A DNA stretch of 59,218 nt from Mesotaenium endlicherianum. Taxonomy: Eukaryota. A program made the position numbers and the translations under genes. The notes below the pieces were generated by a model. It was not told the origin of the DNA. It was given only the letters and a program-made list of their open reading frames with translations, and made no database searches. The stretch spans positions 255,330 to 314,547 of the forward strand of contig WELA01000395.1 in the NCBI GenBank assembly GCA_009602735.1. The letters are read 5' to 3'. Positions 25,959 to 39,500 of the stretch are shown piece after piece (position 1 is the stretch's first letter; each line of letters opens with the position of its first letter).

Positions 25959-27086
25959 ATGCTCTTATTGCGTGCAATTCAAAGGATCACTCGTTCTGCT
26001 GCACTCGGCAGTCTTGTTTCTGCACCAACCAACAAAACTTTGACTTCTGGTACCCCTCTGTCACAACTCCATCGGTAGCCGCTTCAGCATTTATTCGTAG
26101 GAAACAATCCATCTATGTATTATCTGGAAAAGTTCTAGTCTTGTGCCTCAGCTGATTTAGCATACTTTACTGAAGTGATTTCCAACAAGCTCAATTTAAG
26201 CTTGTGCAAGCTCAGCACACTCTTCAGGAGCTTCTTTCTGGCTTTACCCTCCTGGAGTGTCAGGTGGCAGGAGAGCTGTGGGAACAATGTCAACAGACGA
26301 GATGCCAGGCACAGTGCAGGTATAATATATATGCGTATAATTGTATTTACATTTGTCCGTAGCATGTTATTGCCCTGCATTCAGGGGAGTAGAACATTTC
26401 CCAGGGGGTTTTTGTAAATAGTTTATATACTTGTTACAGAAACTGCCATTGTCTTCTCCCAGCCATCTTTTCTTGAATTCCCATAAACCACGAATAAGTT
26501 TGCTTATTTGCTGAAGAAACTGACGAGAATTACTGGTCTGCAAAGAGAATCCAAAATTGCTGTTCTGATGTCAATTAGCATGCACTTATTAATCCTGGTT
26601 GTATGTACTCATGTGCCTGATAGTGCACACTTCACTTAATATGCTGTCAATTATAGAAGCGACTTCATCTTTTTAAACGCGCGGTTTGTGTTGCTTGCAA
26701 CACAACTTTCTGCGTATAACGTTTTTGCAAACTCCCCTGTTCCTCCCTCCGTCTATATCTCCCTTTTCTTTCTTATGGAAGAAATATGTCCTCTTATGAG
26801 AATGAAAAGTTCACTTCTGGGCTTGGGGGTGCACTTGCAGGCGGAGCCTCAGGGCCCAAGCCACAGCCAGGGGCAGAGCCAAGAGCTGCCACCTGGCAGT
26901 TCCGAGCAAGGGGTGGCTTCAGATGAGGCAAAACTCCACAGCCTAGTCGTTGCAGAGATGACGATTGCATACACGTCCGACATGGCAGAGTCTTTCGGTG
27001 CCGCATATCAGAGCCGCTCGATCGACGAGGGGTATGGCCAGATCTACGGGGAGCCCATCGACGAGGTGGAGGGGATTGGCACGTAA
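25959..27086 (+). CDS. Paralog of the 7760-8897 small protein; exons tentatively 25959-26074, 26211-26319, 26841-27086
   Basis: Last exon ...DMAESFGAAYQSRSIDEGYGQIYGEPIDEVEGIGT*; preceding exon ends GTMSTDEMPGTVQ|gt, matching the paralog's GTMSSDQLEVKQQ|gt at the same intron position; first exon MLLLRAIQRITRSAAL is transit-peptide-like but its splicing is uncertain. Confidence 0.65.
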
Positions 27087-29454
27087 GCCGACTCTCGTTT
27101 TGCAATGACCGCTTTCTCTGATGCTCGTCATCACCACTCATCCACGTGTGTGATGTACAATTTCTACTACATATGAAGAGTAAATAGAGTATGTGTAGGA
27201 CTTGTAAATCATGTAGTCTATAAAGCGTCTAGATTGTTAACCATGATGTGGATAAACTGGTATATATATACAACTTTTATGTATACTGATATGTATAAAC
27301 TTTTGCTATGTGTGGATAATGGTGTATCTATCTGTATATAGATCTGTACATAGACCTAGAAGTAAAGGGATGTACTTTTTGTAATAGCGGTTGAATATGC
27401 GCTGCCTAAGATACATGCATGTATTTACACATCTCTACCTATATGTATAAGCTGAGAAGCACAAGCATTACCTAGCTGCATGTACAGAAGTGGGCGAGCT
27501 CCGTGTTTGAGATTAAGTGCGATGTAGATCTGCGTAGCGACAGGTATTCTTCATCTGAGTCCTTTGTCTTCCTGACTGGGCTTTCATGCAAGCTCCAAGC
27601 ATGCAGAAGCTGCAATAGAATTTATATATTGAGCTTGTACCAGTGTAACAAGCTCAGGCAGCACCCCCGTTCATCATGACGAGCTGTGCGTCACCATTTA
27701 CATCACTCGCACAACGGCAAATGAATTGCTGTCACGATGGTGAGATGCGCACAGCGTGCACCTGTAGCAACCGTGACATGCGTATGCAGGCCGGCATGCA
27801 GGTCGAGGACTTAGTCTGTAGTTCGCAGCTTTTGTGAGACTACGTCAGTTGTAGACCACTGAAAATGAGTGCACCTGCACTATATTATGTTGTCACTTGT
27901 CTATAGATGATGTTTGGGTCTCGCTAAGTCCTGTGGTGGCAGTCGTAAATCGTAAAATGTTAGATACTACTAGCCACTGCATTTCTATAGACGTATGCCT
28001 ACGCCAAGAAGTACACAAGACATATTGAATGTATGCGTGTGAGAAGAATTATGTGTGTTTCTTCTCTCTACATCTTAATTCCCCTCGTTCAGATGAAATT
28101 AAAGATCAGCTAACTTGACTTGCGCAACTTCAATTCGCTGGTCGGTGTGCAGGGTCGGAAATGCTCCGCCCGCCTGGAAGGAGAAGCTAAGTTCAAAGCT
28201 CAGGGGTGGGCTGGCTGGCCAGGTGTCACCAGCTCGGCTAGGGTCTGAGAAGTGCGAGGTGGCTCAGGAGAAGGATGGGTAGCGTGTGCTGTGAAGATGT
28301 AAAAGGAATCCTTCAAGAGCGCATGCATGCGAGGGAAGAATAAAGAAGATATATCCTAAGAGCACTGATGTATAAGCTTACTGCAATGCATAGGAAAAAG
28401 CAACAGGAGGATGCGCAGCATCTTGCAAAGAATGAAACCGTAAAGAGCGCATAAATGCCCGTGCAACTAGAGGAAGAAGGCAATAACACTACAGTAGAGC
28501 TCTTTTTTTGGTGTTCTGTATAGAAAACTATAGTGTGCGTCATTGAATGCACCTTGTCCTCAATTTTACGACTGTCCTAAAGTTTTCCAAAAGTTCTGCG
28601 AGTTTGTGGACTCATTTTGTCCAACGACTCTAGAGGGCTGCATGCTGGCTTAGACAGTCATCTATACTACTTGGTAGTTCTTGCATTTATGCGACAACCG
28701 GCCTACTCTACGGCAGGCTGCCAGCTGGCGTGCACATGCGCTATAGAATATGTAGTCACTGGTGACTCATTGGTGTCGGTTGGGCGAGCTTCTCTTAAAG
28801 CTCCCAGCCGGCTACAAGAACAGTCACTAATCTATTCAAAAGTAGCCAAGAAAAGGACTAGTCAGAATAGACACTACGCGTAGACTTCAAAGCGATTGCC
28901 ACTTCACAAATCGATATTAATTACTTTTTGTACTACACACGGGCCATGCTGGAGCAGCAACATAACATGCAGCCACTAGAGCACAGCCGGCTCAGAAAAA
29001 AATCAGTGAGCAGCTGCTAGCGGTTGCAGAGGACAATTGTTTGCCTCAGAGTGTAGGCACGCATGCACTTCCACCTCGCAGTAAGCAGAAAGTGGTCGCC
29101 ACCTGGCACCGTGAGGCCGCTGCTGGTTGCTGCTTCGGCCACCTCCTCCGAGGGTGCATCGCCGGGTCCTCCTTTCGCCACCTGTCAGCTGCCAAGGCTC
29201 CTGATGCCTACAGACTGCCCAAGTTTGGTTCCACGTGTCAACTTTGAAGCCAAGGACCCACTTGCACCACTGAAGAATTGTCAACCCCTTTTGCCAGGTG
29301 TCGGCTGCGGGGCGCTCGCAAAGGGGCCATGCGAGGTCCTGTGGCTTGTTGATGGCGTTTGCAGAAATCTTTGAGTAGTTAGGGCCTGGCGTAGGCGCGC
29401 GGTGCCATCAGGCAGCGCAAGAGCTACAGGGGCACGTGGCCGCCAAGCTCTTGG

Positions 29455-29552
29455 GCTCTTGTGCCCTCGTGCCCTCGTGCTCCTGAGCTCTTGTGCCCTT
29501 GTGCCCTTGTGCTCTCGTGCCCTTGTGCCCTTGTCCTCGTGTGCCCTTGTGC
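29455..29552. repeat. Degenerate 8-bp tandem repeat (TTGTGCCC/TCGTGCCC)
   Basis: Repeated units visible directly. Confidence 0.75.
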
Positions 29553-30417
29553 TCCTCCAGCGGCTTCCAGCTTCTAAAGTTCTCCACTGCCGTAAGCACG
29601 GGAGAAAACCCCGGTCCCCAACCCTGACCCAAAGTCTTTGCCTGCCCTAGGCCTCCTAACCTTAGAACTCCCTAAACCCTGAACTGTAACCCTAGACTGA
29701 CCATGGACTGCAACCCCCTCTTGGCCCTGCTGGGTGAGCTCCTCCTCCACATGGGCGCGCTTGCATGCACACGCGGGCTCACACGTGCGCTCACACGTGT
29801 TCTCACGCGCAAATGCAGCCACGTGGGGGAGTTTAGAGGGCACCATTCTTTGAGCAGGCGCGGTGCCACTGCAAAGGAGGGGAGATAGCGTTGCCGGGGA
29901 GGGAACTGGTAAGGGCTGATGATGAGCTGGCAAACAGGCAGGCGTTCCCTGTGGTCCACACACCGGCCGATGGTGAAAAAAGCAGCAACGGCAGCATCTC
30001 GCAGAACATCGATGGCAAGGCTATCTGGTGCAGAGACACAAGGGGTTGAAGAAGCTGTGATGGAAGGGAGGGAAGGAGGGAGAGGGAGGGAGGGAGGGCG
30101 CCAGGGGGCTATAGGGAGTGCTAGAAGGAAAGGGAGAGGAGTGGGAAGGGAAGGCGGGTACGTGTGCGCGTGCGTGCGGGTGCCCATGCGCGTGTGCGTG
30201 TGCATGCGCAGGTGCCAGTGCATGTGCGTGTGCATGTGCGTGTTTGGGTGCGCGTGCGTGTGCGCGCGTGCGCGTTCGACTTGCAAGAATGTGAATGGAG
30301 GAGACACACAGTGGAGGCTCTCCAGGCACCTGGAGCTTGCCGCAGGGCCGTGCCCACTGCGAGCTCTTCTTCCTCCTGTGCATCATCATGAGGCCCAACT
30401 CCCACCCCCACCCCCAC

Positions 30418-31336
30418 NNNNNNNNNNNNNNNNNNNNNNNNNNNNNNNNNNNNNNNNNNNNNNNNNNNNNNNNNNNNNNNNNNNNNNNNNNNNNNNNNNN
30501 NNNNNNNNNNNNNNNNNNNNNNNNNNNNNNNNNNNNNNNNNNNNNNNNNNNNNNNNNNNNNNNNNNNNNNNNNNNNNNNNNNNNNNNNNNNNNNNNNNNN
30601 NNNNNNNNNNNNNNNNNNNNNNNNNNNNNNNNNNNNNNNNNNNNNNNNNNNNNNNNNNNNNNNNNNNNNNNNNNNNNNNNNNNNNNNNNNNNNNNNNNNN
30701 NNNNNNNNNNNNNNNNNNNNNNNNNNNNNNNNNNNNNNNNNNNNNNNNNNNNNNNNNNNNNNNNNNNNNNNNNNNNNNNNNNNNNNNNNNNNNNNNNNNN
30801 NNNNNNNNNNNNNNNNNNNNNNNNNNNNNNNNNNNNNNNNNNNNNNNNNNNNNNNNNNNNNNNNNNNNNNNNNNNNNNNNNNNNNNNNNNNNNNNNNNNN
30901 NNNNNNNNNNNNNNNNNNNNNNNNNNNNNNNNNNNNNNNNNNNNNNNNNNNNNNNNNNNNNNNNNNNNNNNNNNNNNNNNNNNNNNNNNNNNNNNNNNNN
31001 NNNNNNNNNNNNNNNNNNNNNNNNNNNNNNNNNNNNNNNNNNNNNNNNNNNNNNNNNNNNNNNNNNNNNNNNNNNNNNNNNNNNNNNNNNNNNNNNNNNN
31101 NNNNNNNNNNNNNNNNNNNNNNNNNNNNNNNNNNNNNNNNNNNNNNNNNNNNNNNNNNNNNNNNNNNNNNNNNNNNNNNNNNNNNNNNNNNNNNNNNNNN
31201 NNNNNNNNNNNNNNNNNNNNNNNNNNNNNNNNNNNNNNNNNNNNNNNNNNNNNNNNNNNNNNNNNNNNNNNNNNNNNNNNNNNNNNNNNNNNNNNNNNNN
31301 NNNNNNNNNNNNNNNNNNNNNNNNNNNNNNNNNNNN
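30418..31336. other. Assembly gap (N run); second gap at 35389-35746
   Basis: N characters. Confidence 1.
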
Positions 31337-32416
31337 CTTTCGCCCCCTGCCCCCTCCCCCCTCCAAGGAACCTTTCACGCTTCGAACTTCACGTCGTACA
31401 CGTGACACTCGTAGGAGGGTTAATTGATCTGCTTTGGAGGCCTCACGGAAGGTCGTGGAAGGATATGACCCACTCGGCCCTTTAATCGGGCTTATGTACA
31501 TACTACACACGGGTGTGCATTGTAAGAAGCTATATATTCATATATGAAATAATGAAGAAGGCGAAGACCATGCCTTTACTCTGCATGCTCCGAGTCTAGA
31601 GTATGCGAGAATATGATTATAGTCCAGTCCCTCCAATTTGGTATGCTTTATTTACATACTTGTTTCCGTAGCCAAGAATCTCATAGTTTAGAAGATTGAG
31701 ACTGGATGGAACACTTTTATATATGATCAAAGTCGCAAAAGAATACCATGTCTGATATATAATAGTGTTTAAGGCGCTTTCTGCTCCTTCGGTCAAGAAG
31801 CATGACAAATTTCTACTTAGATCTCAAAAGTGCCAAAGTAAATCATGCCATCACCTAACTTCTCCATCCGGCTTTTACATTCACAAGTACGAGCAGTTGC
31901 AGCCCGCAGCTTGTGTTTCTGCTTCGACCATAATTTCTTACCCCTTCACGTTGCTTTTCCTGGAGGAACGCCTTCCTGCACACTTTCTAATCGACGCTCT
32001 TCACTTGCAGAAGTCGCTTGTTACTACCAAATTTGGGAGCGAAGTTTTTGCAAACCATGCACTCTACGCGGATTTCCGAGAAGAATTTGGCATGGATCTG
32101 GGAGCATGCGTTGGCTCTTCTGGCGTATCATATTGCCAACAATTTTACGAGCAATTTTAGGTCGTAAACGTTTCCAGCGTACACCACTTCGTTTTGCGAG
32201 ATTGTAACGGTTTCTGGCGTACCATTTGCGTTCTAGCAAGCAAGAAATTGTACTTCTTGTTGACGAACTACAGCGTTTTGCGAAGTTGTAGCTTTATTTG
32301 GCGTCTGATAATCTCTCTCATTTCTGAAATTCTTTTGATAAATTATTCTAGAAGTAATAGTAACTTTATATATAGCACATTTGAGATGTATAATTATATT
32401 GAGTATAGTTTGGTAT

Positions 32417-32736
32417 TGTAAAGAGTAGAGTAGAGAGTAATAGGCTTTTATTATAGGAGAGAATGAGTGAACTTAAGCTCTCTGGGATTGAACTTGCAAA
32501 TTAGGGCAAGATCTATGTCGTGCCTAACAGCGTCGGACCCCTGGCACGTGCGTAGCTTCTCAGCACGTGTGCCTTCAACCTGGTCGACGTGTCGGTGCGT
32601 TGCTGCACGTGGGAAAATCGACCGAGTTAATGGTCCCCTGCACGTGTGTCGGTGACGGCAACCAGTTCCTCACTCTACCTTACCAACACTTAGTGGAAAT
32701 TTTCAAAAACTTATCTCATCCTCAGCTTCCCTTACA
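32417..32736 (-). repeat. 3' LTR of element A (~320 bp)
   Basis: On - strand begins TGTAAG and ends CTTTACA, contains AATAAA, preceded by polypurine tract GAGAGGGAGGGG (32737-32748); its first ~176 nt recur at 51737-51912. Confidence 0.75.
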
Positions 32737-32782
32737 CCCCTCCCTCTCAGCTGAGGCGTCCCTGCCTTTCCGTTGAAAGCCT

Positions 32783-35187
32783 CTATCTCCTGGCCTTGCG
32801 GCTGGGGTTTTTAGGAAGGCAGTTAGGACATTCCCATTGTCTTGCCATAATCTCCTCTTCACCAATGCAGAAGGTGTGCCAACGGGCACTACACTTATCA
32901 CAAGTTACCATTGTTTCTTGATCATCCCGCACTTTGCAGCTGGCACAAGGTGTGGCTGGCACCAATTCCTCGGGCACAGTCTTAACTGTAGGATCGATAT
33001 TAGGCAAGTGGCACAGCGAGCAGTTATGCACGTGATCTCTTATGGTTTTACCATCAGAACCTTCCACTTCCAACACACCATTGTCGAACGCATGTTTCAC
33101 GCGTAAGATCACTGCACCTGAACTGGTGTCAATGGTGGTCTTAGTCTGGCGCTTGCGATAGACGAAGTCTCCTTTCTGGATCTGCGTCATTCGCAGGCGG
33201 TAGCTCCCGTCTCGCGTCCTGGCGTAACGCTGTGTGTCTTTTTTCTGTGCGATTTTCAGATTGTCCAGGGCAGCAGGCATCATGTGCTCAAATAACGCCT
33301 TGCGACGTAACATGACCTTTAGAAGTTCATCGAGGTTGTTCAGGTCTTTCACCTGCTCAAACTCCTGCTTGATGCTGCTGGGCACAACTGGACTTCTGCC
33401 AAACGGAATTTGATAAGGCGAGTAATTCGCCAAAGCAGCTTACTTGCTAAATATGTAACCCATAAGCAGCCATGGCAGGGCCATGACCCAATCACGCTTA
33501 TCATGCTCACGGCAAAATTTGCGCAAAGCAGACTTAATGGTTTGCACCATCCGTTCTGCCAGACCATCTGCTTATGGGTGGTCTCCAGACGTAGTGCGAT
33601 GGTCAATGAAGCATTTGTCCAGGAGATCTGAAAAGATCCTTGGAACTCAGACCCTTGCTCTGTCAGCACTTCTGCTGGGGCTCCATGACGTACAATCACA
33701 CCATTGAGGAGTGCTTCCGCGGTCCCCAAGCTTTCCTTAGCAGTTAGAGGCACTACCTCTATCCACTTAGACAAATGCTCAATCATGACCGTAATGTACT
33801 TGTTACCTCGCTTGGACAGCGGTAGCTCACCTGCGAGATCGCAGCTCCACCGGTATCCTAGGCCCATGATTGGCAGAGGTTGCAGGTGTGGGTGTTGCTG
33901 CGTAAAACCAGCCTTGACGCGATCGCAGCTTTTACAGGCCTTGACCACATCCTCACACTGCTGCTTCATGCCCCTCCACCAGTAAGACAGCTCAAGAAGA
34001 TTGAAAGGGGCAGAGTGCCCTAGTGGAAGCGTAGTGACTCACGAGGAAAGGAACTAGTTGCCATCATACTAGAGAGTGCAGCGGCATATCACTAACAAAG
34101 CTTAGGAAAATTACTCAACATTTTGAGTAGCAGGAAACTGCTCACAAATGATGTAGGATGAAAGGCCTTGTCATTACAAACCCGTAGAAATTTACAGAAG
34201 TGAAAACTGCCAAGAAACAAAGAAGTTATGCCTATTTATAATTTTCTGCCTAAGTTCTCCTCCCTAGGAGGAAGCTACGGATTTTCCTAAGTGTTCGTCA
34301 AATCGTCCCTTCCAGAATATTCGTGAGTAAGCCAGATCAGTCTAATCTGACGTGTCAGGCCGAATTGACGTCCACATACATGCATCGACATTACTAGAAT
34401 ATTCTATCTTAGACGCGCTAGGCTAAACCGAAACTTCTAGGTAAATCGACCTAGTCGGCACTCCGCGTCAGCCGAACTTACGTGAAGGTTCGAGTTCATT
34501 CTAACGGGCCAGATCGCTCGACGCTGTCGGTCAATCCGACGGTCGCGCTCACCGCGAATTAAGGACAGTCGTCAACCGACCTCAAAACTAATTAAACTTC
34601 GGAAATCCATAACTCTCTCAATACTTGACCAAATTCGATGAACTTTATATCAAAATGACCACAAAAGTGCACTCTACACTACTATACAATCAAAACATAC
34701 TTTCATGATACTCAAAAATGCACTTCATAAACCTATGACCTTACAAAGATTGTATGTCTTCTTGACACCATAGTGTCCAGTATTCTCGTGCATTTCCTGC
34801 ACCAGAGCTCGCCTTTTGGTGGGTTCCGGCTCCAACTTCTCCTGACCAGTTTCTTCAATCTTGAAGAGGTTATTGCGTTTCCAGCAAAACCGTTTAGCTC
34901 GATGGCTCACTTGGTCCTTTTCTTTCACCGATGATCCTTCCATGTGGAGTCCCGTCTTCAGCCAATGCATAATGGCTTGCTCTTTCCAAATCTCTGGACT
35001 GAACAGGAGTAGAGGCTCAGCTTCTCCTCACGCTACCATTCTAGCCATTTCGGCCAGGTAGGCTGCCAATTGTGCTGGGCTGCTCGGATCTTCGTCTTCT
35101 TGAGCTCCCGTTCTGTCGTCTGCAAATGGGTCGGGGTTCCTGCTGAGTCCATCGCCGTCGTTGTTGAGTATACGTGCTCGATGTATC
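32783..35187 (-). pseudogene. Element A RNase H end and integrase (HHCC, DDE core) with C-terminal PHD finger; split by solo LTR and frameshifted
   Basis: HENTGHYGVKKTYNL|LELSYWWRGMKQQCEDVVKACKSC; WSCDLAG; TEQGSEF; GLAERMV; PHD C4HC3 at 32819-32947. Confidence 0.85.
34002..34745 (-). mobile_element. Solo LTR (744 bp) of element C family with 5-bp TSD AAGAT
   Basis: Reverse complement of LTR 49197-49939; TG...CA ends; AAGAT at 33997-34001 and 34746-34750. Confidence 0.93.
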
Positions 35188-36529
35188 ACTGTTGTAGTGA
35201 AACAGATAGATAAAGTACTTAGTAAAACAGAATACTTTATCTATTCAAGACAAGGATCTTTGAACACAAGTGGTAGCTTCTTGAAAGAGAGATGGCTTCT
35301 TGAAAGTTAATATATTTCTGGATTTTGGCAAGTACAAGAGTGATTCTCCAATGTCTTTCTATGTTCTAGCTCTTGTTTATATACTTGCNNNNNNNNNNNN
35401 NNNNNNNNNNNNNNNNNNNNNNNNNNNNNNNNNNNNNNNNNNNNNNNNNNNNNNNNNNNNNNNNNNNNNNNNNNNNNNNNNNNNNNNNNNNNNNNNNNNN
35501 NNNNNNNNNNNNNNNNNNNNNNNNNNNNNNNNNNNNNNNNNNNNNNNNNNNNNNNNNNNNNNNNNNNNNNNNNNNNNNNNNNNNNNNNNNNNNNNNNNNN
35601 NNNNNNNNNNNNNNNNNNNNNNNNNNNNNNNNNNNNNNNNNNNNNNNNNNNNNNNNNNNNNNNNNNNNNNNNNNNNNNNNNNNNNNNNNNNNNNNNNNNN
35701 NNNNNNNNNNNNNNNNNNNNNNNNNNNNNNNNNNNNNNNNNNNNNNCTCAAATCACTACATCACCCCCCCGATAGAAAAAGCGACGTCTCGGCGCGTCAA
35801 GTAAGGTCTTACACATGTGGAGCAAACTAGTCAACAGTTTCAAGTCAGATGCCACACATGTGAAGAGGACTAGTTGAAGGCGCCAAGTCAGGTGCTACAC
35901 ATGTAAGGTAGACTAGGCAAGGTCGTAGGTGGTGTGACCTTATTGGCTAGCCTACTCCTTAATGATAAAGAAAATTGTACAAGTTGGCCCAGAATCTGCC
36001 ACGAACTCAAAAATTCATAGCGGCCACAGAACTGCTCCAAATCTGAAAATTCGAGTGCCAGACGGACCGCGTCGGAGAACTCTACCGGGTCACCAAATTT
36101 GAGAGCATTCTCATTTCTGGAGTGTCGTTGAGAGCTGAGAGAGTAGGCACTCCTCCAAATCTGTGCAGAAACTTCTGAAAATCATAAGTCCTTCTATACT
36201 TCTCCAAATTCTGCAAACTAAGTCTCAAACTGGGCGCTGTAAGATGTTCTACCAGAGTCTTGAGTTTCAGAGCATTCCAAGTTCAGGGGAGGGCACAATG
36301 TCAGAAGGCATATTCTGCCCTAACAATGCCAGCAGCCTGACCCCCTTCTACTTAGAGCATCATATCTCTCTCACCAGTGCTCCAAATTGAGCAAACTTGG
36401 ACTCTAAATGACCGGCTACTCATGGACTACAGCCAGGTAAATTTTCAGAATTTATTATGCAGAGACCTATCACCAGTAGCAGTTTTAGTTTTCTGTCCAG
36501 AAACTGCGAGAAGAGAAGAGTGTCTAATG

Positions 36530-39500
36530 TCAATTTTTCCTCTTTCTTGTTCTTGCAGGCTGCCTCCAAGGGGTCTTCTGCTGCTTCTTGATGGTGGCAG
36601 GCTGCCTCCCTGAAGTCTTCGGGCTTCTAGTAGAGAGACTTGGGGCTGGTCCAAGATGGGGGTTGGCGGCATGGAAGCGCTTCAACTTTCTCTGAACTTT
36701 GTCAAGGTAGTGCGCCGCCACCCAACTATTCTCCGAATCTGGATATCCTTTCCACTTGATCAAGTATTGCTGCTGTCTCCTGAAATTTCTCATAGCCACT
36801 ATGTCTTCCACTTCGTACTCCAAATGATCATCCACTATTGTTGGGGCTGGTGGGGTTGTCACACGTCCTGGGAACTTGTTGTCGGGTTGCACATATGGCT
36901 TGAAGAGGGAAGCGTGGAATACGGGGTCGATGTGCATAGTCTGGGGAAGTTCTAGCTTGAAAGCAACGGGGTTGACTTGCTGGATAATCTTGAAGGGTCC
37001 CAAATACTTGGGAGAGAACTTGCTGCCGGCAGGCCTGTTGTTCAGGGAAATGTTCTTGGATGATAGTAACACGTTGTCACCCACTCTGTACGTAATTTCT
37101 CTTCTGGATCTGTTCGCCACTCTTGCTTGAGCATCTTGCGCGTGTTGTAGAGCTTTCTTCGCTGCTGTAAGGGCTGCTTCTAATGTCTCCATAAAATCTG
37201 TGGCTGCAGGTACTTCATCATGGCCAGCCGTGAAGCTCAGTGGCGTGGTCGGATGGAAGCCATAGTTGAGGAAGAATGGGGACTCTTGGGTAGAGGCCTG
37301 CGTAGTGTTGTTGTAGGCAAACTCGAGGGGGGTCAAGTACATGTCCCAGTCTTGCTCGAGGGTAGACACGTAGGCCTTTAGAGAGGTCTTTAGGGTACGA
37401 TTCATACGCTCGGTTTGCCCATCTGATTGTGGGTGGTAGGCAGTAGACATATCCAGCGATGTACCCAAGTTCTTGAAGAGATTTTTCCAGAAATGGCTTG
37501 TGAATCTTGGATCTCTATCTGACACAATTCTTGATGGTAGTCCATGGAGTCGGAAGATGTTGTCAAAGATGAGTCTTGCAAGTTGTGGTGCTGTAGCCTT
37601 AGTCGTCGTGGGAATAAAATGAGCCATCTTGGTAAGTCTGTCCACCGCCGTGAGTATTGCATTATGGCCTCGAGGTGTCACGGGCAAGTCCACGATAAGG
37701 TCCATTGAGATGTCCGTCCATTGTCTTTCGGGGATTGGTAGTGGTTGGAGGAGTCCTCCCGCCTTTTGCGATGATGGCTTGATTCTTTGGCATGTGTCAC
37801 AGCTCCTGCAGTACTCCTTGACTTGCTTAGACATGCCTGGCCAACAATAAGTCCTAGCTAGAACGCCCGTGGTCCTTAGGATTCCAAAGTGTCCTCCAAG
37901 AGGGTTGTCGTGTGCTTCTCGTAGAAGCAAGAGCCGGAGGTCTAAGTCATTAGGAACACATCTCTGGCCCGTATCTTGCCTCACCCAATAATTGCCTTCT
38001 TGCTTCTTGCATGGGTCCAAGGCTGCTTCTCCGTTCTTGTAGTAAGGGTCTCTTTCATAGGCGGCTGAAAATCGAGCTTCCAGATCTGTCTTCAGGGATA
38101 CCATCACTGCATTTAATTGCAGTCTTGAGAGGGGGTCAGCCGGGTTTGTCTTGCCGGGCTGGTACTGAATCGTGATGTTGTATTGTTGCAAGTATCCGCT
38201 CCATCTTGCTTGTCTCCTTGAGAGATACGGCTGCGTTTGGAGGTGCTTTAACGCCTCGTGGTCCGTGGTGACCAGTACTTTGCGTCCTTCAACGTAGCAG
38301 CGCCAAACCTTCAAGGCATGTACAATCGCCAATGCCTCTCGCTCCGTGGTTGTATAATTTTGCTCGGCTGGATTTAGCTTCCTTGACTCGTAGGCGATGG
38401 GCTGCAGTCCCTTGCCTTGGTCTTGAAGCAGGATTGCTCCTATTGCATAGGAAGATGCATCGGTGATGACGTGGAAGGGCCAATCTGGGTTTGGACTTGG
38501 GAGTGTGAGCACCGGGGATGTGGTCAATCTTCGCTTTAACTCTTGAAATGCCTCTTCCTCTTTCTCGGTCCATGTATATAGCCTGTCCTTCTTGAGTAGA
38601 TCTGTCAGGGGGGCTGCTATGTGCGAGAAGCCTTGGATGAATTTTCTGTACCAATTGGCAAATCCCAAGAATGACTGGAGTTCTTTCTTGGTCGTGGGGG
38701 TTGGCCATTCCTCCACCACCGTGGTCTTCTTGGGGTCTATCTTGATGCCATCAGCAGTCACGTGGAGACCTAGGAACTCCACTTCTTGTTTGGCAAACTC
38801 GCATTTTGACTCCTTCGCAAACAGCTTGTTTTGCTTCAATACTTCAAGGACTTCTTTCAAGTGTCTCGCATGCTCTTCAAGGGTCTTGCTGTAGATAAGG
38901 ATGTCATCGATGAATACCACCACAAATCTGTCCAACATGGGCTGAAATATGGTGTTCATCATAGTCATGAAAGTTGCTGGCGCGTTGGTGAGTCCAAATG
39001 GCAGGACCATGAACTCAAAATGTCCATATCTTGTCCTGAATGCCGTCTTCTCTATGTCCGGTTCTGCGATGCGAATCTGGTGGTAGCCGCTCCGTAAGTC
39101 AATCTTCGTGAAGTACTTGGCTCCAACCAGCCGGTCCATGAGCTCATCCATGCGCGGCAGCGGGTATCGATTCTTGATGGTGATCTTGTTGAGGGCGCGA
39201 TAGTCCACACACATCCTCAAGGTACCATCTTTCTTCTTGACAAATAGCACCGGGGCTCCAAATGGCGACTTGCTAGGTCGAATGAAGCCATGCTCCAGTA
39301 GCTCCTTGATTTGCTTCTTGACTTCGTCTAGCTCCGTGTATGACATTTTGAACGTAGGCCGAGAGATGGGCTTGCTTCCGGGCTCCAACTCTATCTTGTG
39401 GTCTACGAATCTTTTGGGGGGTAGGCCCTTGGGCAATTCCGGGGAGAACACTTCTTTGTAGTCCTCTAAGACTTCTTGTATCTCCTTGGGAACGGGGCTG

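Noticed and set aside
29919..31510. Long ORFs of 374-502 aa
   Set aside because: Artefacts of translating through the N gap
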